A stretch of DNA of 63,735 bases, counting the filler, from Reticulomyxa filosa (taxonomy: Eukaryota; Protista; Foraminifera): NCBI GenBank assembly GCA_000512085.1. It is 15 parts of 15 records of this genome, joined end to end, with 100 filler letters (N's around TTAATTAATTAA, not from the genome) between each part and the next. Parts side by side here need not be neighbours in the genome. Positions count along the whole stretch, not along the records: positions 1 to 15,811 come from ASPP01020131.1; positions 15,912 to 20,640 come from ASPP01008370.1; positions 20,741 to 28,963 come from ASPP01049197.1; 12 more parts are not named here. One strand, given 5' to 3'. Made by a program: the position numbers and the translations under genes. A model generated the notes under the pieces. That model worked only from the letters and a program-made list of their open reading frames with translations, did not search any database and was not told where the DNA came from. Below, in pieces: positions 11,801 to 25,099 of the stretch; the first letter of the stretch is position 1, and each line of letters opens with the position of its first letter.

Positions 11801-14800
11801 GATCAAAATTCTCATTAACCATCACGGAAATAAGGTTGGTAACATCCACTTTCACTTTTGAAATTTTCGCAACTGAGCCAAGACTGGTGGTATTTTTTTC
11901 ATTACATAACTGACTCCAAGTGTTGTTATCCTTCTTTATCTCTTCGTTCAAGGTTATCAACTCGAAACAACGATTCAACAGCACTGCTTCCTCAGAATGC
12001 AAGGTAAGGCTGTTGTTTAACTTTGTATGCAACACTATTTCTTTATATATTTGCATTTTGAAAATGGGTCCATTGTCGATCTGTGAATACAATTTCCGCA
12101 AAATGGACGTATATACTTTATTCTTCTCTACATTCTCCACACGTTTGATTGCGGCAAGTAAGTCTAGAATGAAATCAGCATATTTTTCCTGGGATGTATT
12201 TCGGTTTTCGCGATAGTCTTTGAGGACAGAATCGACTAGTTCTTCATGTTCCAAAAAGCCATGCTTAATTATTTTTTGTTCTTCAATTGCAAATCCGTCT
12301 ATTCTCAAATATATGATACCAAGGCGACGAATTTCAATTTTTCGTGCACTTTGTAGTAGCTCATTCATAAGACTTTCACTCTTTACTAGCATGCATTGGG
12401 ATAAGAAATTTAAAAAATTGTGATAAAGCATTGCGCTCTCGTTTATGTCAAAGTTTGCTCTTATTGGGATCTCCTTCCAAAGAATCTGGACCGTTTCCAT
12501 AAGCCATGATTCGGGATCTGGAACATGTTTCACACGTATTTTATCCGAAGAGACAGAGATTAGATATGCGTAATGGAAAATTATTTGACGAAAATAATGT
12601 ATGGTCACTTCAATGGTGGCAATCGACAATTTGCCACATAATAGTAATGCCATAGACACAATGATATTTTGTAGAATAATTTGTTGATTTTGCGTATGCA
12701 AATGCGATGAAAATTTATATCGAACCAAGTCCATCACATATTTATGGATTACCTTCAGAGAATAGTCCATATCCCATTGTGTTAAATCATCATTTCCCAT
12801 TGACATTTCTTCCAACTTTGTCGCAACTGAACCAAGATGATCGTTTGGCGACTTGGGACATTCCAAGAGTTTTTGTTGACACCAATTATGAATAGAACGA
12901 CTGAATGGAAAAGAATGCTGCACATATGTTTGAATTGAATACAATTGAGGGTCAATTACAGCTGAAAGCAGGTAATTGGAGTCAATACTCACTGGCTTCA
13001 TTTCAACTAATTCTTCATTTCTCAATGCCTTTTCAAAAAATTGGACATACCATGGCAACTCATCATTTTTTTTGCTTTCGACGTATTTCTTTGAATTATT
13101 TGTAATATGTGCTATTAAGTGTAAATGGTGACAGTAAATAAAACAAATAAAACACAAATAGCAAAACTGCAAAACCACCATTTTGATAAATGGCAGATAA
13201 CACATTGACAAAAGCCAAAGTTACCAAAGTATCAACGGTATTGTGATACTCTACGAAATAAGAACCTTTTCTTTTTTTCATTCCATTTTCCTCTAGATCA
13301 CGCAAAATAGTCATAACGGATTTATGCTTTGTGGCGTTGAACAAGAGTCCTTTTAGTCGATACTTGAGGATTTCTTCACCATCCTTGAAATCAAACACTA
13401 ATGGCAATAGCTTTTTTTCTTCCAACGGATTAATGGAACGTGGAAAATGTAGCCTTCCAAAAGCTTTCTGTGCACACTCGAGTAAATGCTACAAAAAAAA
13501 AAAGTGTAAATATCTATCATTTATTTAAAGAAAATACGAAAAAGCAATACTTCACCTGTTTGGATTGTTTTTCAGCAACATCATTCACTGAGAGTTTCAA
13601 ATCATTTTTTAATGATATTGTGTTTGTTGACAGTAAGTAATCGACATAGACAATCTTCCACTTCCTATTTTTTTTTTAAAGAAAAAGAGACTGCCTTTTA
13701 TTTTTTAGTAAAAAAAAAAGGGGTTTGTTTTTCTAAACTGTCGGAATATTAAAGGAAATGATAATTCTTTGTTGGATTTTCCATTTAATTCTTTGATAGA
13801 TTTTTTGCTGGATTCTCTGCTGGAATGAATAAGTAAAATAACTAATTTTTGTTTTTGACTGTTATTTGAATCATTATAAAACTGATAATGTTCAAGTTGG
13901 AGAATATGAATGATTTGCTCCAATTGATTTTTACTTTTGGGTGTATAACGACATTGCAAGATCAATACATCATTCCGTAGTTCATTTTGAAAAACGCTTT
14001 GATCGTCTTTTCAAATTGCTCTACTTTTTTGAATGATCGAATTTTTTGAGTGCAGTGAACCCGTTCCATTGGAATATTATATTCCATGTCGTTTGTGAGT
14101 ATCATCACCATTTGATCTTTAGATTTCTTTTGCTGGATCTTTATGATATCTTCCTTTTTTATTTTAATTTTATTTGTATTCACAAGAGATAAGTTATATC
14201 TCAAATTAAAAAAAAAAATTATCTCTGTTTACCAAGCAATAAAATTTTATATCTTTATCGGTCTGTATATTCGTCATTATTTCTGGTCGATACAATGGTT
14301 TGAATAGATTGAGTAATTTCGTTTCCAATTCTTTTTCGTCAAATCGGACAGTGTCTAAATTTGTTGTTTGTGGTGACTCTTTTTTTCATCATTTTGATAT
14401 TCATTTGCTTCCTTTGCTTTTCGAACAGCCAAATAAAGTAATGCTGAATAAAGGGTATCCTGACAATATCCACAAAACACGTCAGATAGATTGCTCGATT
14501 TGGATTTATTTAACAACATTTTTTCCATGGATTCAATACACGATTCCATGTTACTTGGCAATGAATTGCGATATGAAATGAGCTGTTTCTCAAAACGACT
14601 GAGAAATGCAAGCTATGTGTTATTTCACATGTGTACATTTATATCCCATACATGTCATACTTATCTAAAAAAAAAGTTAACTGGCATATTTGGACTGTGG
14701 GCATCCTCTTTCTGAACAACGACAACACATTTGAAATTTTCATGAACATAACAATCTCTACTTTCAGTTCCCAATGCCACTCGACAATACACATTCCCTA

Positions 14801-15811
14801 TTTATTTTGAAATAATTTTATAATGCGTATATATTTACATTAAAAAAATAAAATAAAAATACCTGAAGGTCTTCTTTGATATCTTTGATTCAACATATCA
14901 TACAAACTTTCATAAATACTTTCCAAATTGTGCAAAATGACAGTTTTACCAATATTCATACAATCAATAATTTTGTTCAATTGATTATAACTGGTAATAT
15001 TCGAATACATATCTTGAGGAAAATAACTTCCAAATAAAAATACTTGATTGTAATTCAAAATATCGTATTCCAAAAGTAATTGCCAAGAATAATATTTTTC
15101 ACTGATTACCATACAATGTCGACTCACCATCAAACCATTTGATGACTGATCACATTCCATTAAATTTCTTTCCACACACATGACAGGAGTCCATTTCTTT
15201 AATTCTAGCAAAATTTCCTCTTTTGTTTTACCTAACACTTCCACTAAAATCTTCTGCAGCTGTTCATTGTAATTGGTACTGTCAACTCCACCAAAGTTAC
15301 GAAGGTACCCTTCTAATGGTTGCTTGTCAAAAAATTCAGAAAGAGTGGCTTGATATTTGATCAATGCATAAAAATCACGTGCTCCAAAGAAATCACTATT
15401 TCCATTGGGTTTAAATGCATTCGTTTGATCTTTTATTATTTTTTCATATGCCATTATTATTTTTGTAATTGCCTGTTCTGAAAATGTGGGTTCGAGAATT
15501 ACTTTTGCTGTTTCCATCAGGTCATTGTGGTCCATTAAAGGAATGAAATGCATAATCATTCGATTCATTTTGGCAGCATCCAAAGACCAATTCGAAATGC
15601 CAACAAATGCAATTTTGGGATGTTCCAATAATTGATGCAATATTTTCAAAGGATTGTGTGGTGATTGTTCTGCCAAACCAATCTCATCAAATAAAAATAA
15701 TGTGGTAGTGGTTTTGTCATTGGAATATCTTTCAGTCTGATCCCATAATTCTTTGATAGCACTTGGCTTGCAACTTCTTGTACCTTGGAATGAAATGCAT
15801 TGCAATGGTTT
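8810..15811 (-). CDS. RNF213: RNF213/mysterin-like giant AAA+ ATPase / E3-module protein, 5'-partial, multi-exon
   Basis: RNF213 AAA motifs FLFDEIGLAEQSPHNPLKILHQLLE, AFVGISNWSLDAAKMNR, FFGARDFYALIK, LFGSYFPQD, LHNLESIYESLYDMLNQRY, YCRVALGT..CYVHENFKCVVV and FLSRFEKQ. Also an E3-core-like WFLKQLYARKG and a CTD-like YFNLAAIE..FVHGRQQI. Confidence 0.9.
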
Positions 15812-15911
15812 NNNNNNNNNNNNNNNNNNNNNNNNNNNNNNNNNNNNNNNNNNNNTTAATTAATTAANNNNNNNNNNNNNNNNNNNNNNNNNNNNNNNNN
15901 NNNNNNNNNNN
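15812..15911. other. Artificial contig linker N44-TTAATTAATTAA-N44. The same linker starts at 20641, 28964, 32469, 34337, 35718, 43861, 47428, 49534, 51386, 53070, 55373, 58816 and 61437
   Basis: Identical 100-bp spacers carrying stop codons in all six frames. Confidence 0.99.
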
Positions 15912-15948
15912 ATTTTTTTTTTTTTTTTTTTTTTTTGACTTTATATAC

Positions 15949-16279
15949 CTTGTCAACCAATTCTTGTGATTTTTTAAGTAATAATAAAATTCCACTTAAA
16001 CAGTTTCGACGAATACTTGCTTTGCCTTCCTGATACTCTTGCTCGTCAAATGTGTCTTTTCCTGCTTTCTTAATACAACGCAGCTGTTTGAATAAGGTCG
16101 ATTTGCCACTCCCTCCGCTACCTAACAATAACAACCGTTTTACATTTATATCATGCGTCTGCTCGGTCGTCAATCCCCGTCAATGACTTTGTTTACTTCT
16201 CTTCCTTTTTTTTTTCTTCTGCATCATCAGCATCTGTTATTATTATTGTTTCACTACTTGTGGGAACACATGAACCCAT
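15949..16279 (-). CDS. Heterotrimeric G-protein alpha subunit, first exon (3'-partial, homopolymer frameshifts)
   Basis: MGSC lipidation-type N-terminus at 16279 and the P-loop region VKRLLLLGSGGSGKSTLFKQLR. GT donor at 15948. Confidence 0.88.
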
Positions 16280-16716
16280 TATTTGTCCAAAATCTTCTTT
16301 GTTGTATATTTCAGGGGCTTTCCGTTTTCATTTTTTCCCCAATCCATCCCTGGAAATATCAAAACTGGCACATACAATTTACTATGTACTAGATTAGCAT
16401 TCGTCTGCTTATTTAAATAATAAAAAAAGATTTTGTTTTGTCTTGACTGTCTTTTTGTTGTTCTAAGTTACACAAGGTCTTTCCTTTGTTAAATTCCTTT
16501 AGGCTTAGCAAAAAATTATAAATGTTTTTAGAAGAAAAAAATTGGTTTTTTTTTTGTTTAACAGCCGGAAGGGCTAGGAATAACTTGGCCTTGAACGTTT
16601 GTATTATTGAATCATCCACAGCAGGATTGTGTGATTATTTTCTCCAAATAAGAACATCAAAATAATTTCCTTTGGAAAGATAAACCTCTGTCGATCAATT
16701 TAATCAAAACATAAGA

Positions 16717-17219
16717 ATGAGCTTTGACGAAGGACACAAAATGCGGTTAGAAAGTATGAACCAAGAACGTGTTTCTTCTCCCAACGCAAAAGTGAAGCGT
16801 TATCACTTTCGAGCTATGCTAACACCAATGATGATGAGATGGTGGATACCCTTGGCCATACCGGCTGTCGCCATGCTCACCATGGTAAATCAACTGTCAG
16901 TGGATAGTGTCGAAAAAAAAACCAAAGCATTAGTTAAGACGGATTGCTCTTTATTTTAATTGCACGCAAACTAATTAAGTAAACTTGATGTATGTTGCAA
17001 CAACAAATAATGAAAATGGAGGAAGCAAAAGGGTATGGAACAGCTAATAAAAAAAAAGCTGCTGGTAACAGTTGGCAAGACCAAGACGAACTGTTAGTGG
17101 AACATTTCAACCGTGTTATGAAAGGAGAAGATCCATGGAAAGTGGGCGCGGAATTACAACAAAGATATGAAAATCCGCCACAAGTGAAAAGAAGCTCTGT
17201 AATCAAAAGAGACCCATAA
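16717..17219 (+). CDS. Small hypothetical protein with one hydrophobic segment, probably 2 exons
   Basis: Two coding-like ORFs (WWIPLAIPAVAMLTM.. and MKMEEAKGYG..KRDP*) separated by an AT-rich putative intron. Confidence 0.45.
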
Positions 17220-17839
17220 AATTCGTATTTTTTATTTTTGAAGAGAAGTGACATTTGGAGGATGAGGAAAAAAAAAAGTTCGTCAAAATATGCTTCGGTT
17301 CTTCATTGCCTTAGTGATCACTTTCCAAAATTTATTTTCAACCATTTGCATAAAATACTGCCAAGACTGTGGGAACATTCATTTGTTATCAAACATCATT
17401 TTTAAAACTCTTTGAACTATTGTTGGCACATCGAAACTAATGTTATTGCTTTCTTTGCCTACTGTGAAAAAATTTCTTCACTTTTGCATAAAATCTGATC
17501 CCCAAAATATTGGTAACGTTAAGAGGGGGGGGGGAAAAAAAAAGAAACATTTACTAACGTTCCAAATGGAGTAATTTTTTACTTACTTACTTATAATAGT
17601 GAATTTTTCAATATTTAGAAGAATGCAGAGAAAAACAAAACCACATTTATTTTTTTTTAAATGCATTCAGTGAAAAATTAAAGCAGAGAAAAGTCAACCA
17701 AAATAAAAAATTTAAAAAATAAAAGAACGAAAAATAGGCACTACCTTTTTTTTTTTTTTGAGTGTGTTTGTCCAACAGTATATTACACACCCATAAAAAA
17801 AAAAAAAATTCTCTGCAATATGGTGGCATTCAAAAATAT

Positions 17840-19683
17840 TTATTGACGATTTTGTTCAGAGTGGCTGTCGCAGCTTTCGCATTTAACGCCTTTAATGCTT
17901 GTGAAAGCTTGAATCCATTCATCTCGATCATTGATGGTAGCACATTTGAATTCCCATCTTCTGTCTGGCATGTCAACAGTCATTTCAAAATTTCCAACTT
18001 TTTTGACAATTTTTGCTTGGTTCAAATCGATTTTATTTTTGGTGAGATTTTTGCCTTCTCCTTTTACATAAAAAAGGGACCCGTCACTCCACAAAATGAA
18101 CTTTCGACGTTGGTTCTGGCTGAAAAAGTGTTCTCCAGCTTTTTCCAGCCACCCTTCTTTCAGAATGTGCACCGTATTATTGGCACAATGGTCAATGACT
18201 TCGAATTCGTCGTCCTTTTCTTTGGATAGTTGCGCTTCGAGTGCCTTTGCTTTTTCTCTTTCTTTTTCCAGTTGCTGTTTCAAGCGCTCTTGAAACGCGG
18301 CCGTGCTTTTTCCAAGGATCAATAAGACAAACAGATCGTTGACAATTTCCTCCAAATCACGAATAGTGGCGACACGTGCATTATTAAATTTAGTGGCGAG
18401 CACTGGCTCCATGATACCAATTGCCAACACAACAAATGCCCTTTCGCAAGCATGTTCCACCCATAAATGCCATTGTCTCTGATGTTGCTTTTCTGCTCCC
18501 ACGCGTTGCTTTTCATCCGTCTCTTCCAGATCAGGATTGTCGGCAAAGATTTCCAAAGAGAACACCTTCAACGAAAACACTTTTGCAAATGTCATTCGAT
18601 TTTGCGACAGTTTGCTTTCAAACGACGCGACGTTGTGAAATAGTTGTCTTAATTCCACTTCTTTGCAAATGTTTGCAAAGTAGTCGTTCAATTTTGTCAA
18701 CGCCTTTGTTTTTGGAAAGTCGTGCAAAAACGTGGAGTTTGGTTGTGCCAATTCAGTGATGGCAGCTTCGACGGAATGTTTCAACTCCTCGTTCATATCC
18801 GCATACGAGGACACGGTCTGGCAATCATTGAAAAAGCAGTCCACCTTGGTTATTATCAATTGGAACAACGTTCGATACGTTGCATTCTTTTTGATCTGTT
18901 GCGCAATCCTCCAATGCAAATCGCATTCGTCAATGTCGAATTGGCTCATCACTTCCTCGACACTCAGCGTCTTTGTCACCACGATATTGTCGTCGCTTTC
19001 TTTCCTTTCCGTCGTTTGCTCCTTTTGACTTTCCGCCGTTTGCTCCTTTTGATTTTCTTGTCGAATCTTTTCGAGTGCGTTTTCTAATTCTTGAATTTTC
19101 TCTTGAAACTCTTGTTTTTCTTTGTTCTATATACACATATGTATATACATATGTATACGTAAATATGATATATTAATACATCATATGCATCCCATTTAAG
19201 TATATACTCTCTCACTCTCTCTCTAAATCGACTCAAATAAATAAATAAATAAAAATACTCTCAACTGTTTCAGCTTCAATTTTTTGCAATTGGAATGTCA
19301 GTGTTTCAATTTGCAAATTTTTCTCTCCCACAAGGGTCGTACTGGAGGATGCATGCTGTTGTATCTTAGCGTCGCAATCAACAACAGTCTGTTCAAGTTG
19401 TGAATATGTTTAGATACACCGAGTTCGCGCAGGAATTTGCACGTGCACAATGTATATGTTGTGTGTGTGTGTGTGTGTGTATGTGTATGAATTAAACTTT
19501 TTTCTCTGTCTCCAGAGATACTTGCAGCAATGCAATCGCTGCATCTCGCTCCAATATGTTTTGATTGAGTCCTTTCACTTTCTCGTCCAACGTTTGAATG
19601 CGTTCACTAAGAGATCGATTTTGGCGTTCCTTATTTTTGTCATTAAACATGTGAGAAATTTTGTATGCTATAAGAAATTATTT

Positions 19684-19717
<34 letters not shown>

Positions 19718-20496
19718 CTCAGCTCTAAGAAAAAAAAAAAAAGTGAGAAAGTGCAGACGAAACAAGTTTATCGTTGACTTCATTGAGCTCTTTAAATTCA
19801 TCCGTGTTTTCAATGTCAATGTGTTTCGAATCCGCCAATTGTTTTTTCAAATCTTCGACTTGTTGTTTCTGTTCAAACAACCAAACTTTTTGTTTCAGTA
19901 GCGAATGGAACAAGAAAGGATATGTAAACAAAAAAGACACAGCAAAATAAAACAAACCAATTGTTGATTGAATTGTTCCAATGCTTTCACATCTACAGAC
20001 TGGTTTGGGTCAGCCTTAACCGCCTGTTCCTATTTGGGTTATGCATTTTGTTTCATGCATTGCATGCATACATTCGTCCAAAGTGTGTTCGTGTAACAAA
20101 CGGCACTTTATAAGGAAATACATTAATAAATACATGCATAAAAAAAAAAAACAAACCAAATAAGCCTGATGGGTTAGTTGAGCACATTTACTTCGCAATC
20201 CTTTGATAAGTTCATCTTTGGTTTTGATGGTTTGATCCTGTTCACGTTCAATGCAATTTCACAACTCGACGTGGACACACCTCAAAGCAAAATGCAACAA
20301 ATGAATTTAAAAAAGAACAAGTTAACCATCTGTTTATTTGCGTCTTTGCATTGCTCTATTTCGACTTTCATCTTTTCAAATTCATTTTTAATAACAGTTT
20401 TTTCTGCCAACTGTTTTGCCTGATTTTGTTGTTCACATGTCGTTTGTGAGTTTGTGAATGTAACGTATTGACTCCTCTACAAACTTTAATGCAATG

Positions 20497-20527
<31 letters not shown>

Positions 20528-20640
20528 GGAGTTGAATTTTGAACGTAACCCTTTCTTTGTATTCTTGGAGTTCATTTCGCAAAGAGTTCACCAATTTTTG
20601 TTGCAATGCTAATTCCTCACCTGTCACTTTTTTCTTTAAT
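17840..20640 (-). CDS. Coiled-coil protein with a C-terminal PH domain, 5'-partial, multi-exon
   Basis: PH motifs ILKEGWLEKAG..RRKFILW..RRWEFKCATINDRDEWIQAF. Upstream exons are E/K/Q-rich heptads. Confidence 0.8.
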
Positions 20641-21989
20641 NNNNNNNNNNNNNNNNNNNNNNNNNNNNNNNNNNNNNNNNNNNNTTAATTAATTAANNNN
20701 NNNNNNNNNNNNNNNNNNNNNNNNNNNNNNNNNNNNNNNNACATTATTTCTAAACTAAATTTTATAATCTTTTTTTAAGACATTATTTTGTAATAAAAAT
20801 GTTGTTGAACAATTTACAAGGCGAAGTTTCAGTAGTACTAAAAAAATTTTTAAAAACTAAGGTCATGATACTGTTTATTTCAAGAACAAATTGATGTCAG
20901 CGCTGTCGTTTTGAGAACATTGTCAAACATGAACATGAACTCTTCTTGCGCAAATGGATACACTGACAATGAAAACACTGAATACACTTTTCTTCCCAAA
21001 TAATTGAGATTGTCAATAAGCAAGCTCAGGCATTGATCTGAAAGAGTTTGAGCGAATGGGGCAATTTGGTATTATCACTGAAATGAATGTCAGTGACCCT
21101 ATGGTATGCATACACATATTTTGTTATTAAAGAGTTTATATCAATACTATCCTTGGAACAATTCCATTTCAATGGTCACTTCACAATAACTCGAGGTATG
21201 CACAAATGTTTTTTTTTAACATACAGGGCGGACTGAGACTTGAGTGGCGAGTGAATCAACTCATTTGGCAAACAGTCCCTCATTTTCTTGATATGTGCAT
21301 ATCGCTTCAACAACATTACACTTACTCGGCGATTGGATATATATACCCTTCACAAAAAAACGACCTTAAATGGTAGTCCTGCTGGAACGTGTAAGGAGAT
21401 AACAAATGCATTTGCAAGTGCTTAGAGTTGTACAGGTATCTTTTTTAAAAAGGTTCCACATCTTGTTTACTTGTCAAAAATTAAATAGCACCCAATCAAT
21501 TTTTTGTGATGATCTCTTTTCTCACCCAATCAAAAAAAACAAAACATAGTGTAAAACAATTGTAATGTGCACAATACACAAATACATAAACAGATATTGA
21601 AATGGCGGCACAGGTATTTGCAATTTCTCCAAATATCCAAACAAAAATAAAGATGAGTATTTTTGCATGCCCAGCGGCCACAATACACTTGTGCTTGCTT
21701 TTGTTAAGAAGCATTGAATCATTCACTGATCCTGCTTTTTTCATTTTTGTTTTTTTTGATTGAGAATTCTTCTCTTTTTTTATCAGTAGCCTTAAGAGAA
21801 GGAGTGATTAACTTGAAAAGAATTGAAAGGAGAAAAACACCAACTTTTTGTCTGAGCAATGGTGAATGTCACTAAAACAAAGTACAACAAATTATATTTT
21901 CCCAATCAACTCGGCATTTCTACCACAAACCTTTTTGTTTTTATCTTAAGGTGGCTTTATTGCTCATTTGATGTCCTTCTTTTTCATTG

Positions 21990-23330
21990 TGTCCAGTAGG
22001 AGTGGAGGGGGGCAAACGGAGGAGAAGATATTGAGTGAAGAACTTTGGTTATTCGACAGCAGCATGAAATCCTCGTTTGTGTTGGTGACACTACACGTAT
22101 TGAATGCATTCTTGGTGGTACCAAGTGCAAATAATGTTAATACAAGCAGTCCAAGTGGGAGCGTGACGAACGGACAAATATATTTGAATTATTACTACAA
22201 CATGAGCACATCGATAATATTATGTAATAAGTTGGTCAGCTGCATGTGGAAATTGACAATATCAAAATGTTAGCAATATCTCCAATTTAACGACTTGGTA
22301 ATGGTATCGGTGGTGCAAATTTTCGACAATGAGCACGTGTCATTAGAAAGCGATAGTATACGTATGCTCCAAAGCACGCCGATAATCGCCACCAACCAGT
22401 CCAAAAAAAGTTTATATGACAAAACGCTGGCCATAAATATGCATCCATCCATCTCAAGTATATCATCAACATCGCCCACATTAACATTCAAAGTATCAAC
22501 ATACAGGTAAATAACATAGATAGAAGATTAAATGAAAAAAAAAAAATATGTTCATGAAAAAAGTAGATTTACTTATAGCAAGAGATAGTAAGTGAGATTG
22601 TGTGATTGTATATATGAATGATCTGATATAAAAAAGACTTAACTACGTGATGTCGTGACAAATCTGTTTTTCCAACGTATCGCTGTCCAATCCAAGCGAA
22701 CTCCAATATCAAAAACGCACAAAGTCCAACATCACATCCAAACGCTTGTTGTGCAGTGTTGTCCAAGGCTGCAATGTTAAGTTTTTTACTTCCTTTTTTT
22801 TTTTTTAAAAAAAAACAACAAACAAACAAAAATTTGAATAGATCATACGATAAAGCAGGTACAAAAGTACGTGCGATTATGCGATGCTGTTGCTAAGTGG
22901 AACGTTGGCAGACGACGATGGACACTTTGATGCATGGCCCGACAAGCTGAAATTGCTTGCACAAAGGGTGGCAAAAAGTATGTCGTTATCGCCAACTTGC
23001 ACAAGCTATGCCTTTCATATGATTGAGGCGCTATCGGCGCAAATAAGATAAATAGTGCATAACGCATCTGCAAGTCAGTCGTGATGCCTATAATCTTTTT
23101 TGCAAAGAAGCGCTCATTTCGCAAAGGCTTAGCCTCCAATTACACTTGCGCAGTCAACGAAATATCCATCCATGGACACAACTCGCATTACAAAGCCATT
23201 ATTTCCACACAGTGACAATACTAATATCCAAACATTGCCATCTATACCGCGCAAATATCTCATGATAACATTATCGTAAACGCTCCATAGTAACAAACAA
23301 AGTTCAAAATGGATATCCAATCAAAAACTT
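21990..23330 (+). pseudogene. Decayed coding-like sequence of unknown family
   Basis: Coding-like composition with residual intron-like poly-A/T tracts and in-frame stops (for example at 22271). Confidence 0.35.
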
Positions 23331-25099
23331 CTGCTATATCATGTGATATCACCAAGTTATATTCGTCATTTTTTTTATTGTTGTTGCAATATTATCATTT
23401 TCTTTGTTGTGGCTTATGTACAGCGAGCGCAGATATGGAACAGTGAGGTGCAATGGTTGTTGTAATTGACAAAGAACGAATTACAATCACTTAATGTCGT
23501 GGCACGTAATGTGAGCGGCGCATTGCAAGACTGGGCGCCAGATAGGTAACATCTTTTTTTTTGTCTATGTTCAACTTATGACTATATATGTGTACTTGTT
23601 TCAATAGAACCACCTATTGTATGAAAAAAAAAAAGAATATGGGGTAGAAACCACCCCGTCTCCAAAAGGAGAATAACAGGTTTGTTTTAGTATACTTTTT
23701 TTTTTGATATGTTCAAATGTTGTGTGCTTTATAATATAGGTTCCCCCGTCAAGCAAAGATTGTTCCACTAGTTTCCACCCTCAACACAAAAAAAGAAATA
23801 AAAAAAAAAAAGCAGGGTTGAAATCCACTCTGTCTCCGAAAGGAGTAATATAGGTTTGTGTATGTTTATGTTTACATATATGTATATAATCTTTTATTAT
23901 TAATGTGGTTGTATTTGGTGAAGCAATAGGAATTCCCCTCAAAGAAAAAATACCTATATGTACATATATTTATTTGTTCCCCAATCAAAAAAAAAAAAAC
24001 AAAAAAATTTTGAAGTGTTTATCATAGGAAAAAGGAGAAAATTGAAACTGTATTTGGATCCATTTATCACAGTTATAAATATATGTTTTTTTATTTGTTC
24101 TTTAAAAAACTATAAAATGTAACTTTGTTTTATGTTTGTATATGACCAGTTCACCAAAAGACGTTCGAGTGTATGTTTATTCTCTTAAAAGGGATTTGGG
24201 GGAAATAATGAAAAAAAATTAAGTGGAGGGATGATAGTGAAAAAAATATAGTAATAAAAAAATAGAATAATAAATAAGAAAAAAAAGGGGAAATGATGAA
24301 AAGGGGAAAAAAAAGAAAAAAATGAAGAAAAAATAAAAAAAAGAAAAGAAAAAAAAAGAAAAGAAAAATGAATATCATGTTTGATATAACAACAAAAGTT
24401 AAGTGTTATATCATTTTTTTATTTGTGTTTATTTAAAAAAAAATCTTAAACATACTTATAACATTATAGAAATTAAAATTGGACCTGATTATTCCAACAT
24501 CAAAGAAAAGGATAAAGTGCATAATCTTGAATGTGTTAATCATCGTTGGCGAAGAACTTGATCAAAAGATATACTATTTTAATTCAATCTTTATTTATAT
24601 TGTTCGATGTGGTGATATGTCAAGTGGATTATTATCAAGAAGAAGCAATTCACTGTATTCAATGGACAGTACAGCCAACACTGTTACCATTTTCATTGTG
24701 TATTCAATTCAGTTGATGTTTCATTCTCCACCACTTTATCGCCGACCACAACATCTGGAATATATCAGTGAATAGAAATATCATGTATTCATCGTTTGAG
24801 TCCAGTTTTTATGGATATACATGCAATTCCATTTGCTTATTTTTAAAATACCAACAATACGCATCCAATAGCCTCTAGAACTCGATTGTCAACACACAAG
24901 TATTACTGAAAGCAAATCAACTCAAAAAAAGTCACAAATGATAACGGCAGTGCCATCCAACTCAATTGATCAAAAATTCTTTCGCGAACAAAAGTGGTAC
25001 TGTGAACTCGAATAAGTGTTCAGTATAACATACAATTACATGCTTACGAGTTGTTGCCTCCAAGATAGCATCAAAACAACGCAAGACCAAATCATACGT

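Noticed and set aside
15812-15911. Recurrent TTAATTAATTAA flanked by Ns as a biological repeat or array
   Set aside because: It is an identical 100-bp synthetic linker with six-frame stops. It is an assembly concatenation artefact, so cross-linker gene neighbourhoods were ignored.
16717-17219. COX16-like assignment for the small membrane protein
   Set aside because: Only size and topology resemble COX16, with no convincing motif.
24200-24380. A-rich tract giving a Phe-rich ORF
   Set aside because: Low-complexity, low-quality sequence that is not coding.
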